Source: Squalus acanthias (lineage: Eukaryota). Taken from it: a stretch of DNA of 64,000 nucleotides. Shown in pieces: positions 1-13,104 of this stretch. Both the position numbers and the translations under genes were made by a program. Every line of letters begins with the position of its first letter. The first letter of the stretch is position 1. Below the pieces are notes generated by a model that did no database searches, was not told the origin of the DNA, and saw only the letters and a program-made list of their open reading frames with translations. The stretch spans positions 124,560,001 to 124,624,000 of the forward strand of contig CM059431.1 of assembly GCA_030390025.1 (NCBI GenBank), written 5' to 3'.

Positions 1-99
1 TACATTTTCTCCAGGAGTTTCCACTGATCTTCCATTGAATTTGTGGCAGGATGAAAATCATTCTAAGAACTTCAGTACAGCTTTACAGGTTTAAAATGA

Positions 100-530
100 A
101 AACAATATATATTTATACAGCGCCTTTCACGATCTCAGGAGGTCTCAAGGCACTTTGCAACCAATGAAGTACATTTTCAAGTGTAGTCACTGTTGTAATG
201 TAGGAAATGTGCCACAAACAGCAATGTGATAATTACCAGATAACCTGTTTGTGGTTGGTTGAGGAATAACTATTGGCCAGGACACCAGGGAGAAATCCCT
301 GCTCTTCTTCAAAACGTGCAATAGGATCTTTTACGTCCACCTGAGAAGGAAGACAGGGCCTCAGTCTAACATCTCATCCAAAATACGGAACCTCTAACAG
401 TGCAACACCCACTAAGTATTGCACTGTAGTGTCAGCCTAAATTATGTGCTTATATCTCAGGATTGTGGCTAGAACCCACGACCTTCTGACTCAGAGATGA
501 GAGTGCTACCACTCAGCCATGGCTGATATC
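100..530 (-). mobile_element. tRNA-derived SINE with L2-like tail (resembles the shark Deu-type SINE SacSINE1)
   Basis: Minus-strand tRNA-like head (tcagccatggctgagtggtagcactctc...gtcgtgggttctagcc); tail resembles the L2 3' end (atttatacagcgcctt). Second copy at 16710-17065. Confidence 0.7.
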
Positions 531-639
531 TCATCTGTTAAGTTAAGATAAGCAGGTTAATACACTCTACAACAGCGAAGGAATGCCAACAAAAACACGT
601 TCAGTGTTCGACTGTTATTGTTGCCAACAGTCATTCTTA

Positions 640-1810
640 GCTTGAGGCCTAACCAGAGATTTGGAAATGTTGAGCATGACTTCCGTATTCAATGTCCCTA
701 TTTACAAAGCCAAGTATCCCATACACTTTCTTAACCGCTGTATCAACATGCCCTGCCACATTCAAAGATTTGTGAATATGCAGCCCCAGGTCCCTCTGTT
801 CTTTCATCCCCTCAGAGTAGTACCATTTAGATTACACCACCTCTCCATGTTGTTTATCCCAAAGTGCATCACTTTACCACGTTAAATTGCTTCTGCCATG
901 TGTCTGCCCATTTCATCAGTCTGTCTATGTCCTCCTGAGGTCTGCTGCTATCCTGCTCACTATTTACTACGTTGCCAAGTTTTGTATCATCCACAAACTT
1001 CAAAGTTGTACTCCCTATGCCCAAGACCAGGTCATTTATACATGACAAGAAAAGCAACAGTCGTACTACCAACCTCTGGGGACCCCACTGCATAATTCTC
1101 TCCAGTCAGAAAAACATCTGTTCACCACTACTCTCTGTCTCCTATCGCTGAGCCAATTACATAACAAAGTTACCACTGTCCATTTAATACAATCTGCTTC
1201 TATTTTCAGAATAAGTCTGTTATGTGGCACTTTATCAAATGTCTTTTGAAAGTCCCTCTATACATCTACTACACTACCTTCATCAACCCTCTGTGTTACT
1301 TCATCAAAGAACTCAATCAGGTTAGTCAGACGCAGTTTGCCTTTAACAAATCCATGCTGGCTGTCCGTTATTAATCCATGCTTCACTGATTGAGAATTAA
1401 TTTTGTCCTTGACAATGGTCTCTAGTAGTTTTCCCACCATTGACGTTAGACTGATTGGCCTGTAGTTACTAGGTTTATCCCTCTCCCCGTTTTTGAACAG
1501 GGGTGTAACATTTGCAATTCTTCAGTCCTCTGGCACCACTCCCATATCCAAGGAGAATTGAAAGATTGTGGTCAGAGCTTCTGCTATCTCCATCCTAGCT
1601 GCCCTCACCAACGTAGGATGCATCCCATCTGGACCAGCTGACTTGTTAACTTTGAGTGATGCCAACCTTTCTATCTTTTTTATCTGATCCAATATCTCTG
1701 CTGCTCCCTCCTCTACTGTGACATTTAATTTCATCCTCTTCTTTTGTGAAGACAGATGCAAAGCACTCATTCAGTAACTCAGTGATGCCCTCTGCCTCCA
1801 CAAGAAGATA
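640..1810 (-). mobile_element. CR1 LINE ORF2 (RT) fragment, decayed
   Basis: Minus-strand frames give KSAGPDGMHP, SQHGFVKGK..LTNLIEFFDEVT, KFVDDTKLG, WADTWQKQFNVVK, with frameshifts. Confidence 0.9.
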
Positions 1811-3849
1811 TCCTTTTTTTCTGAAAAACTCTGCCTGTTTTTGTAATGCAGTTAAAAAAGTTGAATTTTTGTGTTCTCAAGGACAACTGAACTAATGACT
1901 CCAGTCTGAAATTATAATCTATTTCACTCTTATTGATTATTAATGTCAATCTTCACATTACCCCATGGATGAAAGCTCTAATGCACATAGTGTAGCTCTC
2001 TTTCATTACGGCACAATAACTAAAGGACCTCAAATAAACAATTTTCTAAAACATAATCAGGTTCTATAACACACATATAAACAAGCCAATGGTTAACATC
2101 ATAGTCGTACAGTGTAGTGAAATCTTAAATATAGGAAGCTCAGTGTAATTTGTAAAAATTAAGTAAGAGTAATCACCACTCCAACTGCACTCCCTGTTCT
2201 ATTTTCAAATCTTGGTAATTTCACAAGTGCAGTGACAAGGATGCTAAAATGAAGCCAGTTAATGCATTTACTTTAGGGAACATCATCTTTATCTCTAGAA
2301 GTAGCTTCAACTAGTCTTGAATAAAATAAACCTTTACATAAAACAACAGCTGGGCATGTCCTCGAAAGTTCCTTTGACTAAAATGAAAAATGTTTTAGCT
2401 TTTTATTTGTCATATGTAATTTCTTTGGGAACAAATATTAAATAATCACTCCTGTAACTATGACTCTCAGAAACCATCAGCTCATCTTAAAACCTTTCCA
2501 TCTCAAGTTTGTGTGCTATTGGAGGAAAAGGTGCTTCTAACAGTCTTTAATTCTGCCTTCCAGCTGATCTGATTGATTCATATTAGCAACCTTCATTCCC
2601 ATTGCTGACACATTGTTGAAATCCTGATGTCATCTTAAAAAGCTAATGGTTGGCATGTATGCTCAAAGCAAATAGTTATGTCCCTTGCTGCTGATAGCTT
2701 CAAATAGAGTTAGCTATTATAATATATTAATTTGATATTTTTGTATGGAGTCCTGATACAGGCGCATTGCAACTTTGCAATTTCCATTTTTTTGGGTTTT
2801 TTTTACTTTTGGTCCTACTTTGTTTACTTTTAGTCCTGTTGACCTAAGGTTTACTACATAACATGTTTAAATTCAATTGCCCTCCCAGATAGTGATATGC
2901 AAAGGGAACTATGGCAGCTGGGGTAAGGCTATAACTATTTGCATCTGGACCTATTTTCCTAAAAAAAGATTTTAAAATAGGCTATGAGGGTGAGAAAAGG
3001 CTATTGAAAAACGTAAAGCTTTGAGTGCTGCAGAAGCTCTAACGTCAGATAAACAGGGACATTTAAACCTCAGAAAGGCTTAGGTTGAGTGTGCTGCAGC
3101 CACAGGGTAGAGAAAAGACTAGAATGGTCTGTTAAGATTCCTGCAGGCACCCTGGTTTAAAGGCTGAAGCTGTCTACTAGGCCTAGATCTCAAAACAGAG
3201 ATCAGAGACTGAGGTACAGCAGAACCAAGGGGCTAGATGTCAGAGGCTGGAGGTAGGCCAAAGGTCTCAATGTAAGACTATCCATGTAACAAGCTAAAAC
3301 AACAGAGATATTTAAAATAATGCATCTTAAGGAGAAACTCTGCTTATACAGTGACTGTTATAAACACAAACTGTTCTTTTTCTGAATGTCAGATCACTGC
3401 TGGCTGTTCTCTACCATTCGAAGCTAGAATTTCCAGGTGAAACTGGACCAAACCCAACAGAATTCCATGTCATGTCCTCCTTGCTTGTTATAGATGTAAC
3501 AAGCCAGGAGTCCTCATCGCCGGTATGTGCCTTGCACAACAGTATTCAAATCGAATCAGCAAAGTCCCCCCTCTATATTCATTATTCAATTTTTTTATTG
3601 TTCCAAGTCTGAAATATATAATAATGCTGACAGGGAATGACATGCACATCTCAACAGCGAAGAACAGATTTGGTGCAATTTAAAACAATAACACAATCCC
3701 AGTGCCTCAGTGCTGTGAACCCACGACGTATGTCCTGTTCTACCATTGCAAATGTGTTTTTAAACATAAAATTATTATTGGGCTGTGGTGATAAAAAAAA
3801 TAATCTGGGGGGTTGTTTGGTCGTTGTCACTGCATCAATTTTAAACTCT

Positions 3850-5148
3850 GATTTCTGACGCCCCGTCGCCAATTACGGCGGCTTGCGCATTGTGAGCCTG
3901 TGTTGACAAGCAGTGGGAAATAGGACCCCGGGCGGAGACCAGGTAAATCCATCCCTAAATCAGGTGCTTCCACACAATTGCTTTCTTAGCTTCCTCTTGC
4001 CAGGACGTCAGCAAAGTCAAATATATGGAGCTTTCTGTATCAGTCCTTATTTCTGTCACCCTGCACTGCCATCTATTGGCCATTGCCAGGCTCAGTTCGG
4101 CTGAGCAGTTTTTTTGCTGGTTATTTGCCTGCTGTTTGGGAAATGGCTGGAATGACAAACAACCACGCTGAGTACACTAAATACTGACGCTCCTACAAAT
4201 GGTTTGTTAGCGCTGATTTATTACCCTCTTAAAAATATGGACTGGATCAGCCTTGGTGGAACGAAAAAAAAATTACAACGTCGAACAAAACCGAAGGAAG
4301 AACACTGCTTGAAACTAGTAGAAGACTCGGGCACTACGGTTTATTTTCCAGATATTATATGTGCTATATGTTTTAACCTTCAATTTCCATTTCAAATTTA
4401 AGAATCCTTTTTTTCTCCAAATCACAGCAAGGATTATCGTTACTATTGACAGCAGCGTTTACCGTTCAATGGCAATGGATACTGGCAAGGCAAAGCTACA
4501 TTAAACGGACTTCCAGCGACACCCTTCCGCATTCCCCGAGGGTTGGTTGAAGTCCACATCCACACGACAGTGGATTTCTCCAGACAAGCACACTCCCCAG
4601 CTCCAGAACCCGGGTTTCCACTTTAAGGCACACCAAGAGACGAGTTCGCTCCAGCCATATTTTACAGTTCGCGATTAAAAGAAATGCTGTAATACCCGTC
4701 CGGGGGAGGATGGGATTATATTTATTTTAGCGCCGACATGAAGGGCAAGCAAGCAGCCTGCTGGACTGGTGTTGATCGGCGAGCCTTGTTAATCGCCTGG
4801 TAAAGTTGGTGGAAGTGGAGTAAGGAAAGTCTTCCATCCAGCTGACCGGCACGTTGCTAGCGTGAAGCAGGCTGCCAAACCCGCGCCTTTATTTTCTCAC
4901 AGCCCCACACACAACAAAAATATATCGAGATAAATAAGCAGAAGAACCACTTTAAGGATTGCTAATCACACATCTAAACCAACAGCTTAACTCAGACCGT
5001 GGCCGGAAGAGCAGCACCTCCTGCAATATTATGACCTCTCAGGAGCCGAGCTGGGTAAGTAAATTCTAATTTCATTAACATGAATGTACGAGGAAGGGTC
5101 GAAATCAAACACCGCTGCCTCTTGGTGCTGGAAGCAGGCAGGTTTGTT

Positions 5149-5183
<35 letters not shown>

Positions 5184-6856
5184 ATGTACTTGATGCCAGA
5201 CTTAGCGGTCAAAAGTGTTGAACGCTGGGCAAATAATGCAAAAATAAAACCCTCTGACATTAAAACATGAAACACACATAGCGGGGATCCGGAGAGCGGC
5301 GTTCTCTCGGGCTTCGCTTGATTACGCTGCGATTGTTCAAATAGTGCTAAACATGGAAGTTTAACCTCTCTTATTGATGTCTTCTATCCTGATATATTTG
5401 ATGGAATTGTGCAACTTTCTGGGGGGGGAGGGGAAATAACAGTACCCCATGGACACAGCGTCAGGGGCAACAATGGGAGACGGTACTGATAAAGGGGAAA
5501 GAACACAGCCCTCATCCATCCACAATGAGAAGGGGATTCCTACAGGGAATGAGAATGTTGAAGTATTCTGTTCTAACGTTGCGCTGCAACCTTGTGCATT
5601 CGATATCCTTGAGGTTGCGAAGCGGGGAACGCAAAAGGCGATCGCGCTCGACACGAAGTGATTTTCAGCATCAGTGGGTAGAAATTTGCATTTCTTTTTT
5701 GCGGACTCTAATGCAGTGGTTGAATGGAGAGAGAAAAAAAGTGCAGGAGATCGGATTTGTTTCTAGCTAGATGAAATTTGGGTATTAAATCACTGACGTA
5801 GATCATCGGTTTGCCTTTAATCAACTTGGGTATCTTTTACCCTGAAGGATGAAGGGCTGCGACAGTTCTCGCCGATTAGAAGCAGCATTTCCTGCGCTGT
5901 AACACTGGCGATGAGCTTTATCCATGACAGAGGTTCCAATCTAACTACTTTCACCAGGCGGCTCTTGCGAAATTCCGGGTGGAAGCAGAAGCTGTCAGAT
6001 ATGGCTGGGTATGTCGCGCTGCTCTTCAACCCCGCCAGTGTTTGGGGAGACGGGGTAAGTCAGTGGAAAAATCCAGCATTCCGTTCGAATGAGAGAAAAA
6101 ATAGAAAAGCCGTGCGTATTTTTTTTTTCCAGCATTACTTTGTCATCTTTTAAGTGGAGCATATGAACCGCAAGAGTCTCTCAGAGCGCTCAGTTGCTGT
6201 AACCGAAAAGCGTGGGCTTTGTTGTGTAGCGTGGCTTATGTGAAAACAAATGGAACAGTTTATGTGGAATTATTTGCAAAATATCCATACGTTTGATTAG
6301 AGCTATTACTACTTTCAAAATTTATTTTTTAAATGGTCGAGGTTTCCTTTTAATTCGGAACTAATAAGAGTGTCTTTGTCAGCCTAACGCTGCAAAAAGA
6401 TTTAATGAAGAAATATATTTCTGAAATCCAGTCAAATGCATGTTGATGTTCGAGTGACGTGAACGCAGTGTGTGCTAAGTGACGCTAACACTAAATGCAA
6501 CTTCCTATCTCAACTAACAGAGCCTCCAATCATTGCTTATCCGCCGAGTGCGTCTCCTCGACCAATGCATTGAATGAGTACATTGAACTTCCACTCGAGG
6601 ATCTGGTTTCGAAGCGAGCAAACGCTCAGATCCCTGGAATTATATCGGAAATGTCATTTTAACTTTTGATGACCTCGACGTCATTGCAGCGATCAGTTGG
6701 GAATCTAACGGCAATTTCAGCAGCCGAGTGTGCCGCCAGGAATCACCCCCTCCCGTGAAAGTGGTGGCGAGGGGAGGGGGGGCGGGGGGGTTATTTGGTG
6801 ACGTTAGTTGATCGTTTGCAATGGAAAGTATTTACACTCTTTCTTCTCTTCTAAAG
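3850..6856 (+). promoter_or_regulatory. CpG-rich promoter / 5' non-coding exon and intron region of SLITRK5
   Basis: Visible CpG enrichment against AT-rich flanks. Candidate donors GTAAGT at 5055 and 6055; polypyrimidine tract plus AG acceptor at 6855-6856, 51 nt before the ATG. Confidence 0.6.
5149..5186. repeat. (TA)n microsatellite
   Basis: tatatatata...tgtatatatgtatatg. Confidence 0.95.
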
Positions 6857-6907
6857 GTGATAAGCTGCAATCGAGCACTAGAGTGAACACGGATCCGCAC
6901 TCGGGCC

Positions 6908-9517
6908 ATGAAAATGTATGTCTGGATAACGCAAACCATCGCTTTTGCATCCTTCGTCCTGTCTTGGGCTGAAACCATCGAAAGCTACGGAGACATTTGC
7001 GAGAATCTCTGCTCCTGTGAGGAGAAAGACGAGATACTGGTCGTGGGTTGTGAAAACAGCGAGATCATCAGCCTCCTCCAGATCAGCCCGCCGCGGTTCC
7101 CTGTCTACCATTTATTTCTAAGCGGGAATCTGCTGAACCGATTGTACCCGAACGAGTTCATTAATTTCACTGGCGTTTCTATTCTGCATCTGGGTGGCAA
7201 CGAGATCCAGGACATCGAAGCGGGCGCTTTCAACGGGCTGCGAGCGACCAGGAGGCTGCACCTCAACAACAACAAATTGGAAGGGATACGAGATGACACT
7301 TTTTCAGGACTGGAGAATTTGGAATACCTCCAGATAGATTATAACTACATCAGCTCGATCGAAGCCGGCTCGCTCAGCAAACTGCACATGCTGCAAGTCC
7401 TGATCCTGAACGACAATCTCCTCAGCAGCTTAGCCGGCAACATTTTCAAATACGTCCCCCTCACCCACCTCGACCTGCGGGGCAACAGGCTCAAGATGTT
7501 GCCCTACGCGGGGGTTTTGGAGCACATGGACAGGGTGGTGGAGCTGCAGTTGGAGGAGAACCCCTGGAACTGCACTTGCGAGCTGATCGCCCTGAAGGCT
7601 TGGCTGGACAGCATTTCTTACACGGCCTTGGTCGGGGAGGTGGTTTGCGAGACCCCCTTCCGGCTGCACGGCAGGGACGTGGATGAGGTCGCCAAGCAGG
7701 AGCTCTGCCCCAGGAGAATGAACATCGACTCCGACTGGAAACCCATGCCACCTTTGACCACCCACGGGTATTTTTATACCACCCCAGCCCCGGCAACTTC
7801 CATCGCCACTTCCTCGTCGGTGTCGAAGTTTCCGTCCAAAGCCCCGAAAGGCACTCGCCTCCCCAAAGTACCACGTGTGCGCCCCACCTCCAAGGGCCCG
7901 TCCTTAAAAGAAGGCTACAACTATGGCCCCATTTTCGCCTATCAGACCAAGCCTCCCGTGCCTTTAGTGTGCCCTCGCCAGTGCACGTGTAACATGCAGA
8001 TCTCCGACCTGGGTCTGAACGTCAATTGCCAGGAAAAAAAGATCGAAAGAATATCCGAGCTGGAGCCAAAGCCCTACAATCCCAAAAAGATGTACCTCAC
8101 TGGAAATTACATACTGACCGTCCGGCGCTCGGATTTCTTTGACTCGCCGGGATTAGATTTATTGCATCTGGGTAACAACAAAATAAAGGTCGTGCAGGAT
8201 CGCGCTTTTATGAATCTGACAAATTTGCGCCGACTTTACCTCAATGGTAATTGCATCGAAAGGCTCACTTCGGAAATATTTTACGGGCTCCGAAGCCTGC
8301 AGTACCTGTACTTAGAGTACAATGCCATTAAAGAAATCGTGCACGGCTCCTTTAAGCCCGTGCCCAACTTGCAGTTGCTCTTTTTAAATAACAACCTGCT
8401 GAAGGTTTTCCCCGCTGACATCTTTCTGGGTTTGAATCTGACCAGGCTCAGTTTGCGGAGTAACCGTTTCACATCCCTGCCTATGGTTGGAGTCCTAGAG
8501 CAACTGAAGTCCTTGATACAGATCGAGTTGTACGAAAATCCGTGGGATTGTACTTGTGATATAGTGGGCATGAAGCATTGGCTGGAAAGGTTTAATACCG
8601 GCACTCTTATCAATGACGTGATCTGTGAGTCGCCCAAAAATTTCGCAGGGAAAGACCTGCGAACGGTTAAATCCGATTTAATCTGCCCCGATTACTCTGA
8701 TATAGTGGTGTCGACTCCGGCCCCTTCCGTTGCCCAGTCCACAGAGGCCGCCACCACCGCAGCGACCCCCTTTCAGTACATCGCTGACACAGGTTCGGTG
8801 CCCCTCTCCGTCCTCATCCTGAGCTTGCTTTTGGTTTTCATCACGTCCGTGTTCGTCGCCGCTGGGCTCTTCGTGGTGGTGATGAAACGGCGCAAAAAGG
8901 CCCAGAGTGACCGAGCCAGCACCAACAACTCCGACGTGAGCTCTTTCAACCTGCAGTACAGTGTTTACAGCCACAGGTCGGCCCCCAAAGCCAAGAGTCC
9001 AGCCAGTCATGTGTACGAATACATCCCTCACCCTTTGGGACACATGTGCAAGAACCCCATCTACAGATCGAGGGAGGGCAATTCAGTGGACGACTACAGG
9101 GATCTACACGAGCTGAAAGTCACCTACAGAAGCCACGGAGACGAGGAGAGAGAAAACCAGCTGAGAAGCCCCACTTACAGCATCAGCACCATAGAGCCCC
9201 ATGAGGAGCTCTCCCCAGTGCAAGATGTAGATCATTTCTACCGTGGCATTTTAGAGCCCGAAAAGGAATCGCCCAGTGGGAACAGTGTTGACTATAAATA
9301 TGGTAGCCCACCAAACTATAATTATTCACCAAACTATGAAGTTAGGCGTCAGTATTTACATCCGGAAAGGATGAGGGAGACGGTGCTGTACGGGGCACCC
9401 AGTAATGTATACGCTGAGCAAATTAGAAATGACTATCTGGAACTGAAAGCAAAGCTTCATGTTGAGCCGGACTACCTCGAAGTTCTCGAAAAACAGACAA
9501 CGTGCAGTCAGTTCTGA
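6908..9517 (+). CDS. SLITRK5: SLIT and NTRK-like protein 5 (LRR transmembrane synaptic adhesion protein), 869 aa, single coding exon
   Basis: Signal peptide, two LRR blocks with cysteine caps (NPWNCTC, NPWDCTC), TM segment VPLSVLILSLLLVFITSVFVAAGLFVVVMKRRKK, and SLITRK5-type motifs SPPRFPVYHL, HVYEYIPHPLGHMCKNPIYRSREGNSV and YLELKAKLHVEPDYLEVLEKQTT. Kozak context gccATG, with an in-frame stop upstream at 6884-6886. Confidence 0.96.
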   Translation: MKMYVWITQTIAFASFVLSWAETIESYGDICENLCSCEEKDEILVVGCENSEIISLLQISPPRFPVYHLFLSGNLLNRLYPNEFINFTGVSILHLGGNEIQDIEAGAFNGLRATRRLHLNNNKLEGIRDDTFSGLENLEYLQIDYNYISSIEAGSLSKLHMLQVLILNDNLLSSLAGNIFKYVPLTHLDLRGNRLKMLPYAGVLEHMDRVVELQLEENPWNCTCELIALKAWLDSISYTALVGEVVCETPFRLHGRDVDEVAKQELCPRRMNIDSDWKPMPPLTTHGYFYTTPAPATSIATSSSVSKFPSKAPKGTRLPKVPRVRPTSKGPSLKEGYNYGPIFAYQTKPPVPLVCPRQCTCNMQISDLGLNVNCQEKKIERISELEPKPYNPKKMYLTGNYILTVRRSDFFDSPGLDLLHLGNNKIKVVQDRAFMNLTNLRRLYLNGNCIERLTSEIFYGLRSLQYLYLEYNAIKEIVHGSFKPVPNLQLLFLNNNLLKVFPADIFLGLNLTRLSLRSNRFTSLPMVGVLEQLKSLIQIELYENPWDCTCDIVGMKHWLERFNTGTLINDVICESPKNFAGKDLRTVKSDLICPDYSDIVVSTPAPSVAQSTEAATTAATPFQYIADTGSVPLSVLILSLLLVFITSVFVAAGLFVVVMKRRKKAQSDRASTNNSDVSSFNLQYSVYSHRSAPKAKSPASHVYEYIPHPLGHMCKNPIYRSREGNSVDDYRDLHELKVTYRSHGDEERENQLRSPTYSISTIEPHEELSPVQDVDHFYRGILEPEKESPSGNSVDYKYGSPPNYNYSPNYEVRRQYLHPERMRETVLYGAPSNVYAEQIRNDYLELKAKLHVEPDYLEVLEKQTTCSQF

Positions 9518-10620
9518 GCCACAGAGTTTATATACAGTATTTATTTCTAATAATCTGAGGTTTGGTTATTTTTTTTTCTGTTCGACATAAATGTTTGAGG
9601 TGAAAGTGCCTTGGCACAAGATTATCACCTTGAACGGATATTTGAACTAGGGGTGTGCACCACAACCAATGGGTCCACTGAAAACATTTGAATTTGCTAG
9701 GATCAAAGGAGCCCAACTGAAGATTGGCCTGGTGATATGATGACAGTAGGCATAAGTAAACGTTTTGGGTTTTACCGCCCTTGAAGGGACATTACAATCT
9801 TTCTTGCTTTCTTAGCTTTCCCATATCTGGAAACAATACTGTTTTTACTAAAATAGCATTACATCACAGTGTGTTAGTGAGATTGTTGTTTCTCCACGTG
9901 TACTTCAAACCGAGTATTTTAGTTACAAAATAGACGCAGAGAACTACTTCTAGTCACACAAAAATCACCTGGGAGTTACCTCGCCAACCAAAACATTTTG
10001 CTTATTCCTAGATGACATCAGAAATATCGCATGTTGTACAAAAATGCATCAATACATTGCAGTTTTGCCGCAGGACTCAACATACCTGTTGCAGTGGATC
10101 ACTGTGTGTCAGAGGTGATGTACAATGCACAGTTCGGGTTTGGTTCTAGCTTCAGCAATCTTTATAATTAGAGTCAAAATGGCCTTCCATCGAACTCCAA
10201 GAGGCTAGCACACCCCTAATTTTAGTATGAAGCTCTTATTCTTCAAGTGGATGTCTTTGTATGCATTCTGCACTTTTAAATTAGAAAGAGACCTCAGGGT
10301 CTTTAATATTCATCTCAGAATTGCACAAATCAGTGTGTGCACTGGGGCCATGCAGGGCTATATGATGGATTGTACAAATCTGTATGTAATGTCTGTACCC
10401 TTGTAAAGAAAAATAACTGAAAGGGGTAGTTATATTACACCACCAGGTGTTCAAACTGGCTATTTGTGTGGCATATTTTTTTTATATACAGTATATAGTT
10501 TAACAAAAATAGAAATTGTAAGAGGCAGTTGAACTTAAAAACAATGGCAAATTGTTTTGCATTGGCTACAAATTAAATAAAGCCAAATAGAAAACAAAGT
10601 ACAGCAAAAAGGCATTTGTA
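9518..10620 (+). other. Probable SLITRK5 3' UTR with candidate polyA signal
   Basis: AT-rich, transposon-free sequence after the stop; AATAAA at 10576-10581. The true end is uncertain. Confidence 0.45.
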
Positions 10621-12350
10621 AACTGGGTTTACTGTCGCTTATTTTAACCATATGTTGACATGGAGTTGCTTTTTTTGCCAAACCGGATTTCCGACAAGAG
10701 CCAGCAGCAACTAGAATATGTGAGTTAAGGGTTAACGTGATGATGTGTTGATGAAGCAGTTTTAGCAAAAGAAGCAGTCAGAGCAAGATCTGGAATACCG
10801 ATTGTACAGATTGCATTAACGTCCCCAGTAGAGGTCTCCACAATGGTCAGCAGCAGTATTTTTGATCTGCGCAATTAAATCATCAAATTTGGTGTTTGTA
10901 CACCACTCTCTAATGCTATAATTAACAAATACATACCATCGGCTGGTCAGTATTCAGTCATTTTCCATATCAATTGGTCTCTAAGTAAGGTCATCATCAT
11001 GTCTTCATAAGACAGGGATTTAAAAGCAAAATGTGTTCAAGTAGCTAGGCTTTCCTTACTATTCTACACCGTATTCTTTTGAACAGATTGAAAACCCCGA
11101 TTAAGATGCATTTTAATAATACTGCTGTAGTATGTAAAGATTGTTTCACCACTTGTCATAATTTTCTCTCAACTATAGAGTGTGAGAATTAATATTGAGT
11201 CCACTTAGTTCATTAGTTGGTGTAAAGCAAACTGTCAAGTCACAAATGCTTTTACATTGTAGGTTTTTATTACGGTACGTTTTAGATTTATTTAACAGTA
11301 CAGTACTTTTCTTCGACATTTGGCTAACAGCAGACTTACCTCAAATATATCAGCCACAAAACACAAGCTGATGCAATGCTCACTGAAATCTGTCAAATAA
11401 AGATAATTAGATCTCATGGCATTTTCATGTAAAAAGCAAGATTTGAATCTACTAGAAATTATAGCTATACTGATTTCTCAAAAGGTTTTTGAGTTGTGGA
11501 CTTATTTTCATTAAAATCTTAACTAATTAAAAGAAATGCCATATCTACTGTTTTCCCCTGATTAAATTATACTAAAGACTCAGTAAAGCCTTCTCACACT
11601 TGCTTCTTATAAATATGTAACCATCATGGCCAAACTTAAGATGGGGCTGGGCCTAGCTTTGTTGAAATTACCAGTGCGTTGTGAGTACAGTGGGGAACTA
11701 CTGTTATTTATCATAAAAGTACTGTTTTTCATTTTGGTTTTTACCGTGTACATGTTAAGGTAGGCAGGCATTTCTAGCAAAAGGTATTTGCAGTGCATAT
11801 TAGCAGATGCATTCTTTCCCCTTTGCTTGGCCCAGGTGCAATGCAGAAACATATTAATAAAGGGAATCCAGACTTTCTCCTTTGCTGAAAAAAAGCTACC
11901 ACAATATCCCAGAAGCACTAAATTTATCTCACTTATAACACCACAGTATTTATTATATTTTCTCCTCTGTTGGTTTTAACTACCTTGGTGTAATAAAACA
12001 CAACATATTTATAGCATCCTCACCAGAGGTATTGTTAAGATTAGTAAATCATAACATATATTTGTTAAAGGGGAAGAGTTTTTGACATTCTTTATTGTTT
12101 AATTGAACGTGACTTGAGGTATTTACGTCACTGTCATTCATTAAAATTATTACTTGTAATTGAAATAGCTAAATTATTCAGATTGGTGTAGCATTTGAAT
12201 CAATGAATCACTATTCCAAAAATAAGAAACAATGCTTAACTATTTGAATGCCAGGTCACATCCAATATCATTTCTGTTTAGTGTGCATAAAACATGCAAT
12301 TATTTGTGCTTGTTGTGAATATATTCAAAAATAATTAATCAAAAAATAAT

Positions 12351-13104
12351 GGGCCAAATCTTGCTGGAGCGGGGCATGCACCATTAGTTAGACTTTTTTC
12401 TGCACCCTTAAGTCAAAACCTTTTGCATCGTAACTTGCTGGAAGTGCGAGCTGATAACGGCACAGCGAGGGTAATGGTACATCTGGGACCTTAGTGAACG
12501 AGGGGACCAACAGTGTATCTCCCTAACCAATGAGATTTAAGGATTGAGAAAGAAACAGAGGAATGATGGAGAATGAGGGTGAATCAGAGTCAAATCAGGT
12601 ACCGAAAGAGAAATAAAGAGGGGGAAAGAAAGATTGGATTAAGAGAGGGAGAGAGAGAAAAGAGACAGAAAGGAAAATGAAGAAAAAAAATTAAAATGTG
12701 AAATGTTTAAAATCTCTAATAACAATTTACTACATGCAGGAATGAGTCTCAACAGTTTAAATTGTTCCCTTTCTGGGCTGGGGAGATTGATTTACATTGC
12801 ATTAACAATTATCGAGTCATTAAAAGAGAATTTACGCTATTAATTATGAGCCCCAACCTTCTGTGGGAAGTTTAATGGGCAATTAGTGTGCAAATCCAGC
12901 AAGTTCTTAAAAATAATGGGAAGGCTAAAGGCGAGATGCCGTTTGTGCAAAGTAAACAGCAGATCGGTGTAAATCGCCCAGCAAATTCTGGAGATTCGCA
13001 ACTCACGGCGAATCTCTTCATCCCCTGACTTTGCTACCTAATTTGTGCATTAATAATGGTTTGTGTTGTTAACACACCATTGCTTTTCCAGCAAGATCTG
13101 GCCC
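12351..13104. mobile_element. Non-autonomous MITE, 754 bp (Harbinger-like)
   Basis: 18-bp TIRs GGGCCAAATCTTGCTGGA / TCCAGCAAGATCTGGCCC (one mismatch); 3-bp TSD AAT on both sides. Related inverted fragment at about 23365-23580. Confidence 0.85.

Noticed and set aside
6878..9043. Antisense ORFs overlapping SLITRK5
   Set aside because: Shadow frames of a GC-rich CDS with no recognisable motifs.
9181..9200. REST/RE1 site (tcagcaccatagag)
   Set aside because: Only the left half-site matches, and it lies in coding sequence.
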